From assembly GCA_030265395.1 (NCBI GenBank), contig JARFYF010000063.1, positions 84,830,892 to 84,894,860 on the forward strand: a stretch of DNA of 63,969 nt. The letters are read 5' to 3'. Positions 1 through 53,000 of this stretch are shown here, in pieces (positions within the stretch are counted from its first letter, which is position 1; every line of letters starts with the position of its first letter). A program made the position numbers and the translations under genes. Origin of the DNA: Rhina ancylostomus. Its lineage: Eukaryota. Under the pieces are notes generated by a model. The model did no database searches. It was not told the origin of the DNA and saw nothing but the letters and a program-made list of their open reading frames with translations.

Positions 1-200
1 GTGGTGGGTGTGCAGAATGAACTGCTGGCGGGGGTGGTGGAAGCAGATACATTAGGGACATTTAGGAGGCTCTTAAATAGGCACATGAATGATTGAAAAA
101 ATGTGGTAGGGAAGGGTTAGATAGATCTTGGAGTAGGATAAAATGTTGGCACAACATCATGGGCTGAAGGGCCTGTACTGTGCTGTAATGTTCTGTGTTC
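1..200 (+). mobile_element. 3' end of a CR1-like (HER1-type) LINE
   Basis: ...gggacattt...ctctta..aggcacatg...gggctgaagggcctgtactgtgctgtaatgttct; same family as 57728-58173 in the opposite orientation. Confidence 0.75.
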
Positions 201-569
201 CAGAAAGAGGGGATGAGCAGAGAGAACAAAAGGAAAGGTCTGTGATACAAGCCATCCCTGTTTTATAGATGTCCATAAGTTGATTTTTTTTCCCATATGT
301 TTTAAAATACGTAAATCACTCGCTGTGGTAACCATACCTCCACGGTATTGTAATGAATGGCATCAAAAGCACATTAGACTGATTAAAAGAACAATTACTA
401 AAAGTGGAGAGAGAGAGAAAACTAGTTCTGCCATTTGTAGGAATGCATGTTTGTACATAGGGTGGACCTTTGAATTTAATATTATGGAAGCTAGTTCACC
501 TATCAGGGGTATCCATAAGTTGGGCATTAGCCTGGAGATGGCCTGTAAATTAGAGGGCAGGAGGAATTG

Positions 570-852
570 AGTCATGTCATACAGTATGGAAATGGGTCCT
601 TTATCCCACCGAGTCTATGCTGACCAACAAGTACCCACTTGCGCCAATCCTATGCTTTTCCCATTTTATTCCCCCCACAGTCCCATCAACTCCCATGTCT
701 TTGGAATGTGGGAGGAAATCTGAGCATCCAGAGGAAACCCACAGTCACATAGAGAGCATGCAAACTTCACAGACAGCACCCGAAACCAGGATTGAACCCA
801 GCATGCTGGAGCTGAGAGGCAGCAGCTCTACCAGCTGCACCACTGTGCTGCC
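570..852 (-). mobile_element. V-SINE/HE1-like tRNA-derived SINE, decayed
   Basis: ttggaatgtgggaggaaa..gagca..c.gaggaaaccca core is the reverse complement of the 61191 element; B-box remnant gattgaaccc. Confidence 0.7.
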
Positions 853-1277
853 TAAATGACAAAAAGGGGTGGTGATGCTGGCTGAAAGAGGCTGATAAAA
901 GCTCATGAATAACAAAATGTATGTCTGGGGAAGGCAAATAATGAAATCTAAAATCTGAAGATTTTTTGCCAAACTTTTAAAAATACAAGAGTAACGAGAC
1001 AAATTTATTTTGGGAGTTCCATTGAGTTGACTGACAAACGGAAGGAATAAAAGAAGTGATAAACTTACACTTACAGGGATAAAATGAGAAACCAAAGTCA
1101 GACAAGAGCATCTAAGCAATAAATATTGTAAAACCAGAAGTATTGAATAAGTAGAACAGGAAGAAAAACTCCAACATAAGCAATAGAAAACCTGGTTGCT
1201 TTGGGTTGGTCTGAGTTAAACATGCATAGAAATAAACCTATTCCTTATATAAGGTGTTTTAGTCTTGCAACTTGAAG

Positions 1278-1520
1278 TTTGTTTCAGCATTTGGTAGCAA
1301 ACTTGAGTCGGGAGGTTGTGGGTTCAAGTCCCACTCCAGAGATTTTAGCATAAAAATCCAGCTGTAGTGAAAGATTGCAATGTTATCACAGGAATTATCA
1401 AACATTTCTGGCCCTGTGGTGGATAGGAAAGATCTCATGCCACAATGTCAAAAAAAGAACAGGTATCTTAGCCAATCCTTGGTGCCTTGTCCAATATTTA
1501 TTACTCAACCATCATCTCAA
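1278..1520 (+). mobile_element. Deu-domain SINE (SacSINE1/AmnSINE1-like) fragment
   Basis: tRNA-like head ggttgtgggttcaagtcccactccagag; body similar to the reverse complement of 53770-54170. Confidence 0.55.
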
Positions 1521-4500
1521 GAATAGCTCTAAACTGGTGCAGGATCTGAAAAGTAATTCCCTAGTATAAATGCCATGGCAGGAGATTTGGGCAGGCTCGT
1601 TTGTCAAGGCCTGGATGTTCCTCTTCTGTCAGACAATGACTCATGACTGGATCCTCATTTTAATATTGCAAATTTAAAGTAATTATTTTTCTTCTAAACA
1701 TTCATGAATTTTCTTCTTATTTGCTTGAAAGCAAGACATTCAGAAACAATAGCTTGCATTAATAGTGCATGTGACATTGTAAAACTTCAGTGTGTATATT
1801 TTGAGGTGCATTTTAAGAAGAGAATTTTTTTTTTTAAAAAGTACAAAATTTTAGAAATGGAATTCCAGGGCTAAGGAAGGCACAGTGACCAATGTTATAA
1901 TGATTAAAATCTGGGATGCATGAGAGGCCAGAATCAGAATGCAAAAATCAACACTATTTAACCAGGATCTAATGCACGTCAATAAAGATAGGTTGATGGA
2001 TGAGTGGAACGTGAGTGTGAGTTAGGTTAGAGGGAGCACAATTTCCGAGGAGCTCAAGTAATTGGAAGAAGGAAGCCCAGCCAGGCATACATCAGAATAG
2101 ATGATAAAGCCATGGATAAGAACTTCAAATGGTTGAGGCAAGGGTAGATTTATATTCAGGTGAGTCTCGGCAAAGATGGCTATACATGGTTAAATCATCA
2201 AGCTTGGAGTCAATACCCTACTGCTCATTCTTTCCTGGACTGAAGGTACAGTAGCCAATGATGTTATAATTAAAATCAAGGTTGCATAAGAGGCCAGAAA
2301 TAGAGGGCAAATAACACTTTTAGAACTGAATGGAATTAAGATGGGAAAGGGTTTATAGTCATTAGAAGGATTTGAAAGCAAAGGAAAGCACAATGGAATG
2401 CCACCACTTTAAGTTTTCCTTTTACAATTTACTGATGCTTAAATATTTTGAAAATGAATTTAAGCTAAGCAAGCTTAGTAGGACCCAATCATTACCTGAT
2501 GGTCTCCTAAGTTAATGAATTCAAAAATTTCAAACCAGGCTTGTTTTTGTTTGGATCCCAGCCTTGGTATCTCTGAAAGAAAAATACTTAATCATTAATC
2601 TTTTCCCCACTATAAAACCATAAGCAGAGAAAAAGTTGGTAGTGTGTTAGTTAGCATCCTGCCATCTCGCCTTTATGAACTGTTTTTAAATCTATCCTAG
2701 AATGATGGAATTAAGGTCTCCCTGCCAATTTTAAGAGTCCCATGTGAAAGTTAGATATTCTGATGTGGCTGAAAAATCTGGGACATAGGATAAAAATTTA
2801 ATGCCAAATGACTGACATTATGCATCCTCCTTCAAAGTTATAAGGATGAGTGTTTGAGATGGAATGGAGGGAAGTTAGCTGTGGGTAAATGAAGAAAAAA
2901 ATCACAGAAGATCACTTGGGACAGTTATCAGCCCAGCTGAACAGGCAGTATGTGACTTCACTGGCCCATTTCATTCTTCTCTATTATTCCTTCACACCTT
3001 AGTGTACACCTCATACTCCATCTTAAAAAGCTACCTCTGAGGAAGCAATAAAACTCGACTAACATGGAGTTCGGTCTAAACTGATGTAAAAAAATATTCT
3101 ATTGGGAATTGATTCAATTCCTAAGTGTGCTTTGAAATACTAAATGAAGTGTCTGCAGTTTGAGTTCAGTTATTAGAACAATTACAAGATGTATGTCACA
3201 GCTTCCCATGACAAGCTTAGATGATCTCATTAATCTGTGTTGATTACAATATTACAATGGAAAAAATATTCAGCTCGCAGATGGACTATTCTATTTTTTG
3301 ATCAATAAATCTGAAACATCCATCTTTAAAATCAGTGGATGACAAACTTTGAACATCTAAAGTACAAATAAATGATAATGTCATTGCTGGTATCATAGAA
3401 TGAGTTAATCTACTGCAGTTTTAAACAAGCTTGCAGTGATTGTAGTGTTACTGATCATTTCTTCACAATACAATCTCTCTTAAAGGGTTATCTGGTCAAT
3501 TTTAAACTATAGAGATGGGTGCCCAAGGCAGCAACACAATACATTAATTTTGAACTGTACATTTAAAAATAGGGCCTAAACAAGGCAGGCTGGTATTTGC
3601 AGGGTAGAGAACTTGCATTTGTAACAGCAATTATTTTCATATCAGGTTACAGATCACTATTGTCCTTGATCAGAAAACAAATTCCATACTAATCAATTAG
3701 AGGAGGAAAAGTACATACATCAGCAGCTCTGACTGTAACCTAGCAATATTTGTAAAAGCAAAAGCAAAAGACCACATTCAGAATAGGAAGACTAACTTTG
3801 TCAGAGTAAACAATTGCATATTAGTTTACGGCTTCTTTGAAGGGAAATTTTCCCCAAAGTATAGAATTTGATCTGGCAAGGTCAAAATTAGTAATCCATT
3901 CTGTTTCTGCTTCACTCAGAGGGCCTCAAGTTAACAGTCTGGCAAAGGACATACACATGTGGCACATACGGTCTAAATTCTCTCAGCATCAAGACTCAAA
4001 CTAAAGACCACAGGTTAGGAGGCCTTTGCAACACAGCCAGAATGTTGAATGCAAATCAAATGATGATTTTCATTTCTCCAAGCTATGAGCAAACATCAAC
4101 TAACTACTAATGGTTTGAAATTAGGTAAGGAAATGTGGAGCAGTAAGCTGTATTAACCAAAAAGCTATTAACTTGTTCATTCTTGGACACTGGGTAGTAG
4201 GGTAGTAACAAGCAAGTAGTGGCACTCAATGTAACAGAGTGAAGCAATGTTTCCAAAATAAAGCTCAGAAGTACAAGTGTGATAAATGATAACATTCAAC
4301 AGTACTTCAGTTTTGGCCATCTTCAGTTCAGTCATTGTTACATTGCCCTCATTTGCCTGAAATACTTGGGAGTGTTTTCCTACCTTTATTTTGCACGTTA
4401 TTATTTCAAAAAGCACAGGTTTAAATGTTTATAATTATAACTGGCCATGATAGATGGCTGAACTCATTACCTATAAGTCTGGATATTCCACCCCAAATGT

Positions 4501-5460
4501 AATTTGGTCATATCCAATTTGTCAATTTTGATCATTAAAAACTTACTTACCTATTCACCACCATCAGATGTAAATTATACTGGTCATCTAGCTCTACTAT
4601 CAGTTGGAGCATAGTTGCCATTATTTTTTGAATTACTAATGCAACTGTAAAGCTTCTTGTCCAAGGATGAGTTGCATTATGGAATTCAGTTCTTGCCATC
4701 CCTCTCTCTCATCACCCTAATCCCCCCATCAAACCCATAAAATAGATTGGACAAACTGAAAGCTTCAAGAGTAATGTTTTTCATAAAAAATCAGAATTTT
4801 CTGTTCAAAACTTTATTGGGATTTTCTGAAAATGGGCACAAGGAAAAAATTCGTAACATACAGACATTTACAGAGAATTAAACACTTGTCATGTAATGAC
4901 TACACAATCAAATTGGGAGAACCTGGAGCAAGAAATGGAAAGTAACATACAACTGTTTGACAATGCTTATGCAACTATAGATTATGGGAAGCCAGCTATT
5001 AAATGAGGTAATACACTGTGCAGCAACAAAAACTTGCATGGTGGCTTCCAGGAACAAAGAACACTAGACAGCCTGAGTTACAGCAGCATCTCCACTTTAG
5101 AAATAGTGTCAGTCTTAAATTGGTCAGAACACCAAGAGACAAGTAACAGCAGCCAATATAGTTGAATGCAAATGGAGTTTATGGTGCAGAAAATTAGTGT
5201 TAACAGTCATGTATATAGCTGATTTACTTGACAAAGCTTGTTGCATACATACCAGAATTAAGATATTACAGTTTGAAAATAGTGAACTACAATGTTACAT
5301 GAGGCAGTGTTTGAGAGGAAGGCATTTATGTACTGGGATTGCCAATGTAATGTAATTTTGTAATCTAACCAAAAAATTTCCAAAGCTGGATGAATCCAAG
5401 TAGTAATTTTAGAACCAATTATGCTCACATTTTAGAAATTGAAATGCATGCCTGTTTTAA

Positions 5461-5529
5461 AAGAACACACACAACAGTAGCACATGGTTGTATCAAAATA
5501 TTTAATAAATATTATTTCCAAAATTTATT
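5461..5529 (-). terminator. Polyadenylation signals and GU-rich downstream element
   Basis: Minus-strand AATAAA (5524-5529) and ATTAAA (5501-5506), followed by TGTTGTGTGTGTTCTT (~5461-5476). Confidence 0.75.
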
Positions 5530-7073
5530 GCCAGGAGCAACACAAAGATGCATCCTCATGTTCATATAACACTAATGTCACAATACACAAGAAAACATCA
5601 TGACCAAGATTTCACCAATGAGATTACCATGTTTAAGAGCCTTTCCAGATCTCTGCATGGATTATACTTTTCAGAACTTGGATTTCCTTAGGCAACGCAG
5701 GCAGTGTAACATGGCATTTCCACAGTGATCTCACTGGCAAAATCTACCATTCAAGTATTCAACAGCTAGCTTATTATTAGAATACTTCCTAAATGCAGGT
5801 ATGTTATCACAAATCAAATCTACAAGTGGTTCAATATTATATCCAAGGTGAAAGATCAGGATTTACAAAACAATGTTGTGCTGTGCTTTTAACTCAAATG
5901 CACTATCTAGAGATATACAATTTATTTTTTTTTCATTTTTATTTTTTTTCTACATGCAACCACTCACATTTCAGTTACACAAAAGTAAATAGGTTAATTT
6001 GTTCCCTTGCATTTGTATTTTGTTGCAGACTGTCTGCCCTGTCACTCCAATGTTTTAAATTCTAAAGCAGCAATTATCAAAGCATTCTAGTCTAATGCTC
6101 TCCGCATGTCTGTTTGATGCGTACAAAAAAAAATCTTGGCCAAAATAAAGAAAGAGCTTGAAGTGATACTATAGAAATTGATCCAAAATGTCTGACATTG
6201 TACAAAACAGTTCCAAGGCACACGGCCAATTCTAGTGTTAAAAAATAATCTATTCTGCAACTAGAGCACACCTCAAATTTGGCATGTAGGCAACATTACT
6301 GAAACACAAAGAAACAATTCATCAAAAATAAAAAGGAGCCATTAGCTTACAAAGCTATCAAAAACCTTCAAATCTAAACATACATATAAATAAAAGGAAT
6401 GGTATTTAAGGCTCTTGATTATTTAAGTTATTAAATCAAATATACACAGTGATTAATTAAAAAAAGTATTTACATTTATACAAAATCATAAACACTTGGC
6501 CTTTTATTAAATTCTTCATCTGAACAGCAACTGCTGACATGTGCCTAGCCCCCCTCCCCCCAAAACAAAGTATCATCTTGGATTTTGATGATTGCTGTGG
6601 TTTTCAGCTGCAAAGGCACTTTCAAATACAGAACTAGACTAACAAAGTCAAATCTACTATACATAACTTAACAATACTGAGAAATTTGAGCCAGTAAAAT
6701 AAATAAAAATTCACCATCTTAAATTAAATTGGGCAAACACCTACAACTAGATTTCAGTTCAAAAGGGCATGGAATCCTAATTAGACTGATTTAATTGAAG
6801 AATGGTTCAGCAATGCATAAACTGTAACTGAATTTATATTAGGGCACTCTGACTAGTTTTGCATAGACATGAGATGCAGCACATGTAGTCTCAGCCAACC
6901 ACAGCAACTATCAATGCCAGTGTAAGTCAGTTTGTCTTGACCAAACATAGGGATTCTTTGCAGATAATACCCTTTACATAATATTACAGAACAATTTAGG
7001 AACTATGAATTTGAGCCTTCAGGGATAGCGAAAGGCTGTGCATCTTATATTAAATAGGCAGCACTGCTGACTG
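5490..7073 (-). other. JAG1: JAG1 3'UTR (~1.6 kb)
   Basis: Runs from the stop codon to the poly(A) signals; AU-rich; blocks resemble the human JAG1 3'UTR as recalled; exact 3' end inferred. Confidence 0.8.
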
Positions 7074-46170
<39,097 letters not shown>

Positions 46171-49079
46171 GGCTTCGGCTTGCCTGCACTTGGGTGAACT
46201 GAGGGTGGAGCGGGCCGCCGCACAGCAATATAGTCCACCGATTCTCGCATGCACGACTGGAGAAGAGACTTGCTATATATAAAAAAAAATTTTTGAAAAG
46301 AAAGCGAATCATCAATGTAAAAAAAAGTCCTCTTTTATTATTCTCCTTTTATTTTCAGAGTGCGTCTCCGGGGGGGGGGGGGGGGGGGGGGGGGGGNNNN
46401 NNNNNNAAATCTCCTCCTCGATCCCACACACAACAAACCCCCCACCCCCCCCAACATACACACAAAACAAAACACCCGTCTAGTGATAGTGACTGCTTCA
46501 TCTAGACAGGCTGAGAGAGGGAGAGACAGACGTATGCGTTCATTAATATTCATTAGTGGGGTTGGACAGGGGAACATTCAACGCCCACTTTTTTCCCCAA
46601 TCAGTCTTTTAAAAAGAGAAAATAAAGTTGGTTTGTTGGAATGGCAACTGACACAAAATTGTGCCACAGATGGAGGATTTAGGCGTGAACACACAAAACA
46701 AAAGTGTGTGTGGGGTGGATGAGAAGGAAAACTTTTCAAAGGGGGGCTTGTACACATGGGAAATAAACACTTATTCTAAATAATTGCTGCTGTCATTAAA
46801 CTCCGACTCATTGTTTCTTCTGTATTAGCTCCCACAGCAGCGTACTTTATAAAGAAATTAAGAAAGTGAAATGGAAGTGATTTGCAACACGGCTTTCCCT
46901 ACACAAAGAGCCGAGTTTGTTGCTTTCCTGGTGTTGCACCTGTAGGCGTCTCCTTTCGCCCATGTGGCTGCCGTGTGCTCAATGCAGCGTGCATGCTGAA
47001 ATCAGGCAATATTGCGCACTACTCTTGTATTACCTTTCAAGTCCACGATACAAGAAGTTTGAATATTTCGTAAGAAGTATCAGTTATGCAAATTCACCTA
47101 TTATTTCCCGGCATGAGCCTTGCTCGAAATGGTTCATTACAAAATAACCATGTTATGCATGACTCTGTCCTGTCCTTTATCCAACAAACGCTGGAGTAAA
47201 ATCGACGATGCGGCTGAACTGAATTAGAAAGTTTTTGGTGCCCAATCGCCATTAAATGACAAACAAATGTGAGGTTGTTTCCCAGTCGCTACGTATTGGA
47301 GGACGTGTCCGAGATAAGCCTGGGTTTGCTAAACTGAACGATACTGAGGAAATTAAGTTATAATTGCCAATTATTGCACATTATCACATTATCAAATACC
47401 TATCTGTGCTCACGCTTTGAACGGATCCAGAGAGAACCAAGATTTACAAGGGAATTGCCCAATTTAAATCTTTCTCAATATTTTTAGGAATTATAGTTTG
47501 AAATTCTGAGGTAAGTTGTTGGTGTAGAGCTGTAAATTTAGTCTGCTCAGGCACTTCATGAACATCAGTGGATTTTTGTGGTTAAATTATTGACTTAACA
47601 CAACCTCAGCTACTAATTATATGGAGTCTAAATTTAAGTATTATTTTAAGTGACTTTCTCTTGCACTGTATATACATCATACCCTGATTGAGAGTGTTTT
47701 AAAGCCAGCAGTGATGTGAGACCTATTGATATGTCAAGTTTATTCAACAGCAGATTACTAGAAAATAAACTAGTTTATATAGTGGGCATGATTAATATCT
47801 TGAAATGATTGCTAGGCACTAACTCTCTCCAAATTAGGTTGGGTTATATTACAAGAGGTAATCCCACTTTCCTGTCCCTGTAAATTACATATTCCCAAGA
47901 TTTCTGTTCTGCCAGTGTGCGCCCCAGGGCTCCATGTTTACTCCTGTCCTCTTCATCTCTGTGGTACCTGCTCTTGAGTTATTGCTATTCTCAAGTACAG
48001 GAGTTCACCAAAACATGTAACGATGAAGTATAATGCTACCAGTGAGCCGTTGCTGTGGTCTCCAGACCTGGATGAATTGAGATTTCCTCTAGCTCAGTAG
48101 CAACAGAACTGAAGTTAGCAGAGAGCTCGCATACCTCTGGCTCTGATTTTTTTCAGCCTCCTTGGCTGGTCACCAATTGAATTACAAACCGTTGACTTAT
48201 CCAAAAGATAAACCTGAGGATGTTGGTTAGATGGCTTGCCTTTTCTCATTCCTCAATCAGTTCACTGCTGAAATTTGCCTTCACCTTTTCCTCACCGTGA
48301 GGGCTTGTCAATGCCTTTCTGTATGATTCTTTACCTCCACGGTCACGTGCATCAGTAAATCCAGTACTTTGCAAAGTCTTGCATACGTATATCATCAACC
48401 TCGCTCTTCTTATTACCCAATGAAGAGATTTCAAAATCCTCTTGGTTTCCCAAGTCCTTCCACAGATCCATCTGAAGCATTTTCAGACCTATACTTTTTC
48501 TCTCACTGACCATTCTAATTCTGGATTAATGCTTCTACTGATGATCTTTCGCTACTATGCACCCACTCTATGCAATGTACTGCTCAAGCTATTTCACTTC
48601 ACCCTTTCGATGCTCTTTGAGATCCTTATCCACACAAGGAACTGCAATGTTGTTTCACAACAATGAAGCTTGAACACTACAGTAACTGGGTTCTGTTGTG
48701 GTAGTGCAATATTCTGGTTGAACAATTGCAAACTGAAGTTTGAAAATTAGCTGGAAGAAGATGTACAGCAGACAAAAGTATTGCTGAGTTGCCATAGTAA
48801 TACTAGTTATTTTACACCAACAACAAGTAGTTGGGATTTATATTCCATGCATAGGTTTCTGGGACCATCTTTGCCTTGTGCTGGTAAGCTGTGTTTCATG
48901 GTACCACTATGCACATTGACTGGTTGTCTGGCAATAAATCATGGTTGACAAAAAGCCATTCCATTTGGATCCCACCAGGCTCTTTCGAGCAGCTTGGATT
49001 TGTTTAGCTGAATGCTGAGTTATCTTCATGCCCTGATTGCGCATGAAATGATCTTCAATTTGACTGTTCATGAACTAAG

Positions 49080-49215
49080 TATTGGTTTATTATTGTCACT
49101 TGTACCAAAGTACAGTGAAAAAACTTGTCTTGCATACCAATCGTACAGATCAATTCATTACACAGTGCAGTTACATTGAGTTAGTACAGAGTGCATTGAG
49201 GTAGTATAGGTAGGT
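49080..49215 (-). mobile_element. Non-LTR retroelement 3' end fragment
   Basis: attggtttattattgtcacttgtacc...tacagtgaaaa.acttgtcttgcatacca is the reverse complement of the 3' part of 56190-56375. Confidence 0.6.
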
Positions 49216-49782
49216 CATCAAAAGTGCCTATTTCCACTATTATTCTAACATTCCTGTCCACAAAAGTAAGTCAGTGAGAGGAGTTTCAGGAACGACCAGG
49301 ATAGGTTCTTCTTCAAAAACTTATTTCTTGTTGGACTTGGAGGAGTCATCATTTAGAAAACTGCCAGATCCCTGTTTTCCCTTTACTTTTCTGTGGTCAT
49401 TCTTCTGGTGCTGTCTCCCTGTCAAATTGTACTTGTTGGCCTGTTTCCTGTTCCAGGCAGGTGACTGGTAGCATGGAGGGTAACCCTTGGTGTTAAAACC
49501 ACCTTCACCTGGTGGACTTGCACTCCTCATTCATATTTCAGGACTATTTTGCATACATTTAATGCATTGCATGGGGATCCCTTAGTTGGTATATTTAAAT
49601 ACTTTAGTTATCAAAAGATATAACTCTTTATGTAAAATCTATTTAAAACATTTCATATGAGGCATTTTCACATTGTCAAAGTATGATTGTTACTTCTGTT
49701 AGAATTTCTCTTGTCATTCATTCTCCAATATTTTAGATTACTCACAGCTGAGTTTAAACAAAGTATTTGTAACTTTAATGAT

Positions 49783-50050
49783 GGCCCAGCAGGTAAATGC
49801 ACCACATGGTGTGATTGTATGAGGCAATTAGAACAAAAAGGTCACAGGTTCAATCTTTGGGTTGTGCTGAGTTAATTGATTGCAACTCTGACAGGAAATG
49901 ATGGGATAATTTAAATTGGCTCCAATGTCCTGGGACCAGGGAGTGAAAAAAAATCAGCCAGTGTTCCCACTCATGATAATCAGGTAGTGATATCAAGTGA
50001 GAAAAGGAGTGGACTTTGGTGGTGAAGTCTTTCATGGGAATTTCCTGTTG
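49783..50050 (+). mobile_element. tRNA-derived SINE-like repeat, decayed
   Basis: A-box-like tggcccagcaggtaa, B-box-like aggttcaatc, followed by tgtgctgagtta. Confidence 0.45.
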
Positions 50051-53000
50051 ATGTTTCATACCTAAATAGGCACTTAACAAAGTATTCTGGGGAACTATAA
50101 TCTACCATAAGACATTACCATCCCATAGAGGGTGGGATGAAATAATAGAAGTGAGAAATACAGATAGAATTTACATTATGTTGTTTTAGATGATATCTTA
50201 ATAAAATATTTTGTATATTGATAACAAGCATCTGCAATAGATAATAGCACAAAATGCTGAGGCCACTTTACTGGTAGCATAGCTTGTACCAGTAGAAATG
50301 CACTCGTAACCTGTACACTATAGCACAAGACATGAATATTTGGAATCACTTAATGATTCTGTTATTGTACTTAATCTAGTATGAGAGTGATACCTGCTTC
50401 GAATAATGAAAAGTCGCAAGTCAAGTGTCATGTGACAGTTTCACTCATTTCTGTGGTCTGAGGTTTGCTTGGTCAATGTTTAGATCGGGGCATAGAGACG
50501 TACTCCCCAGTACCCAAATCTCAATTTAATTTCCAGGTTAGCAAAGAACTACCAGGGTAGATGGTTCTTTCCTCATGTTAGAAATGTGAAACTGAATTGT
50601 TAAAAATAAGTTTCATACATGGAAAGTTTGCATTCCATTTATACTTGTATATACTGCGTATGTCAAACAATGCGAAGTTATCTTATTCTGACAGTCTTAA
50701 GCTACTTTCCTCATTTAGTACAGATAACCACATTAACACAAACTGTGCCATACAACTGTCTTACAAAGTGGCCAATCAAAATGGAATTGAGTAGAATAAT
50801 CTTAGCAATTTGCATGAAAGCAGAAAAACTCCCTTGAGTTTTCTGATTATGGAATTGACTATGCTTTAGAAGCTGAATGCTTTGAATATTAATTCAATGC
50901 AGGAAATTAAAATAATACAAGTTCAACAATGATTTAAAAGGTGGAAGTGAAAATATAATACATAAGGCTCCCAATGGTAAAGAATTCCTAGAATTTGATG
51001 TGTGCATTTTTTTTTGTTTGCCCACGCATTTATAGGTTACATGGAAATTATATAAATATGAATTACTTAGAGTAAGAATGAGGAGAATGTAAAAGATGTA
51101 TAAAGATCCATGGGATGTGATCAACATGCTCTTAGTGGGTTCATTCATAGCATACTAAGGATAATTCATGGAAAATGAACTAATAAGTTTAACCTTCAGA
51201 AGTGATGCATCTCTCTTTCTCCACATTGTTTTCACTGTAATCACCTTAACTAACTCTTTCACCACTCTTTAATTCCGCACACACACACGTTTCTTATTTT
51301 TTTTATTCTGCCTTTCTTCAAAAAAATCGCATTGAATGTTTATTATAATTCTATAATGATCTGATTTAACTCTGTTTAATGGAATTAATAAATATTTTTA
51401 AATTCTAAATGTAAATTGGATAACACAGCAATGTAGTTCTGAAAATATTTAGGTATAGTGACTTTACATTAGCTAAAGAAGTAGTTCTGTTGCATGGCCC
51501 AACACAAAATGCTTAAAAGGTGAGATTTTCAAACACTTGATTTCTCAAGAAATAATTTTAAAATGTCTACATCCAAGTTCTAGATTTGGTGGAAACCCAA
51601 AATAAAAAGGGGTACTGCTGGAAACATTAAGCTGGTCATTTGGAATCTGTGGCCATTATTGAGGCAATGGTTTTGTTGATGTACCTCCTATAAGTTCTTA
51701 TCCAATTGTAACAAGATCTTATGGAGCTAGATGTGAACTCGTATTTTAAAATACAGCACAAGATACCTATAGTGGCAATAGGACATTAATATGTTTTGAT
51801 TTGCCTCTCAGCTTCACCCCACCTCTTTATGCCTGTCTGTGCTTGGTGTTGACTGCTGAGTTTGCCACACTTGAGTCAGAACAGTCCGCATCATCTTGGG
51901 AGGATGCAGCAGGCAGAGCCATGTGTCCTTGCCCATTCTCCAGGGTCAATCTTAAAGTTGTAAATGAGAATTTGAATAGAATCAAAAGAGAAGAAAATCG
52001 TTCCAATCAATATGTATGGAGCCCCCTCCCCCCAGAACAATAACTTTTCTTCCTTCCCTCAAATCAGAACAGCTGCAATGCTCCATTTGCCCTTTATTTG
52101 CTATTGAAAGCTGCAAACATTATAGTGAGGGAGTGAAAGAGAGATAAGCCAATTGAAAGTGTTGCTCTAATAATTGTTTGACATTTGTATGCAGTGACAG
52201 AAGGGAATTAATGAGAGCTTTGAATCCAAAGTTAGGGAAAGTCAATCTTATTATTGCTTGACCAGTCTTTGCATTTTAGAATACTTGTGGGCACAAGCTG
52301 GCTGGATAATTTTTTAAATACAGAGCTGCTCTCCTCAAAATGNNNNNNNNNNAAGACATTTTCAAATGGGTGGGATTCAGGAGTAATGTAATTTAATATG
52401 CTCTGCTATAAACAAAGGCTTGATCAAAGTAAACTTTGTAAATGAAGCACACACAAAACAACAAACAGCAACAAATAGGAAGAATAGAACTATTGACATA
52501 GGATAAAAGCGTGCCTCTTTTCATCACCTGCCAAACAGAATGAAGATAAGAAAATGCTTTTATAGTCCTGACATATGCAAAAAAAATTGGCAAGTTTTAA
52601 TGAAGTGGCGATACAAGCTTGCACATCATTTTACCCTGAAATACTGAAGATTGCACTGCATTAATGAAATAATTTGGAAAAGTTATCATCTCCCTGTTGC
52701 TTCTAAAAAAATACAGTTAGGATTTGAATTATAAAGTGGCTTAGTTTATTTTAGAGCAGGGTTTCATTTTGTTCACTTCCAAAATCATAATCAGTGCACG
52801 GATTTCAGCTATCATGTGAAATGACAAATGTGAACAACTAAGCAATATAACGAAGCTTTCATGGGCAATACCTGCCATAACACACTGACTCAACCAATGC
52901 AGTTAATTCCAGAGCACCATCAAATCTGTTAAAATCCTTACACATGAGTGCTTCTGAAATCGTATCTCCAAATGATGTTGTTGTAGAAAGCTGTTGCAAT

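Noticed and set aside
4812-4817. Additional minus-strand AATAAA downstream of the main poly(A) site
   Set aside because: The hexamer is common in AT-rich DNA. An extended UTR or a neighbouring gene end cannot be supported without transcript data.
46171-46254. In-frame N-terminal extension of JAG1 suggested by the ORF track (MHARIGG...)
   Set aside because: It begins at GTG, not ATG. The ATG at 46170 has an ideal Kozak context and directly precedes the signal peptide.
49321-49530. 69-aa minus-strand ORF with exon-like composition upstream of JAG1
   Set aside because: No recognisable homology and no convincing splice-site pair or partner exons.
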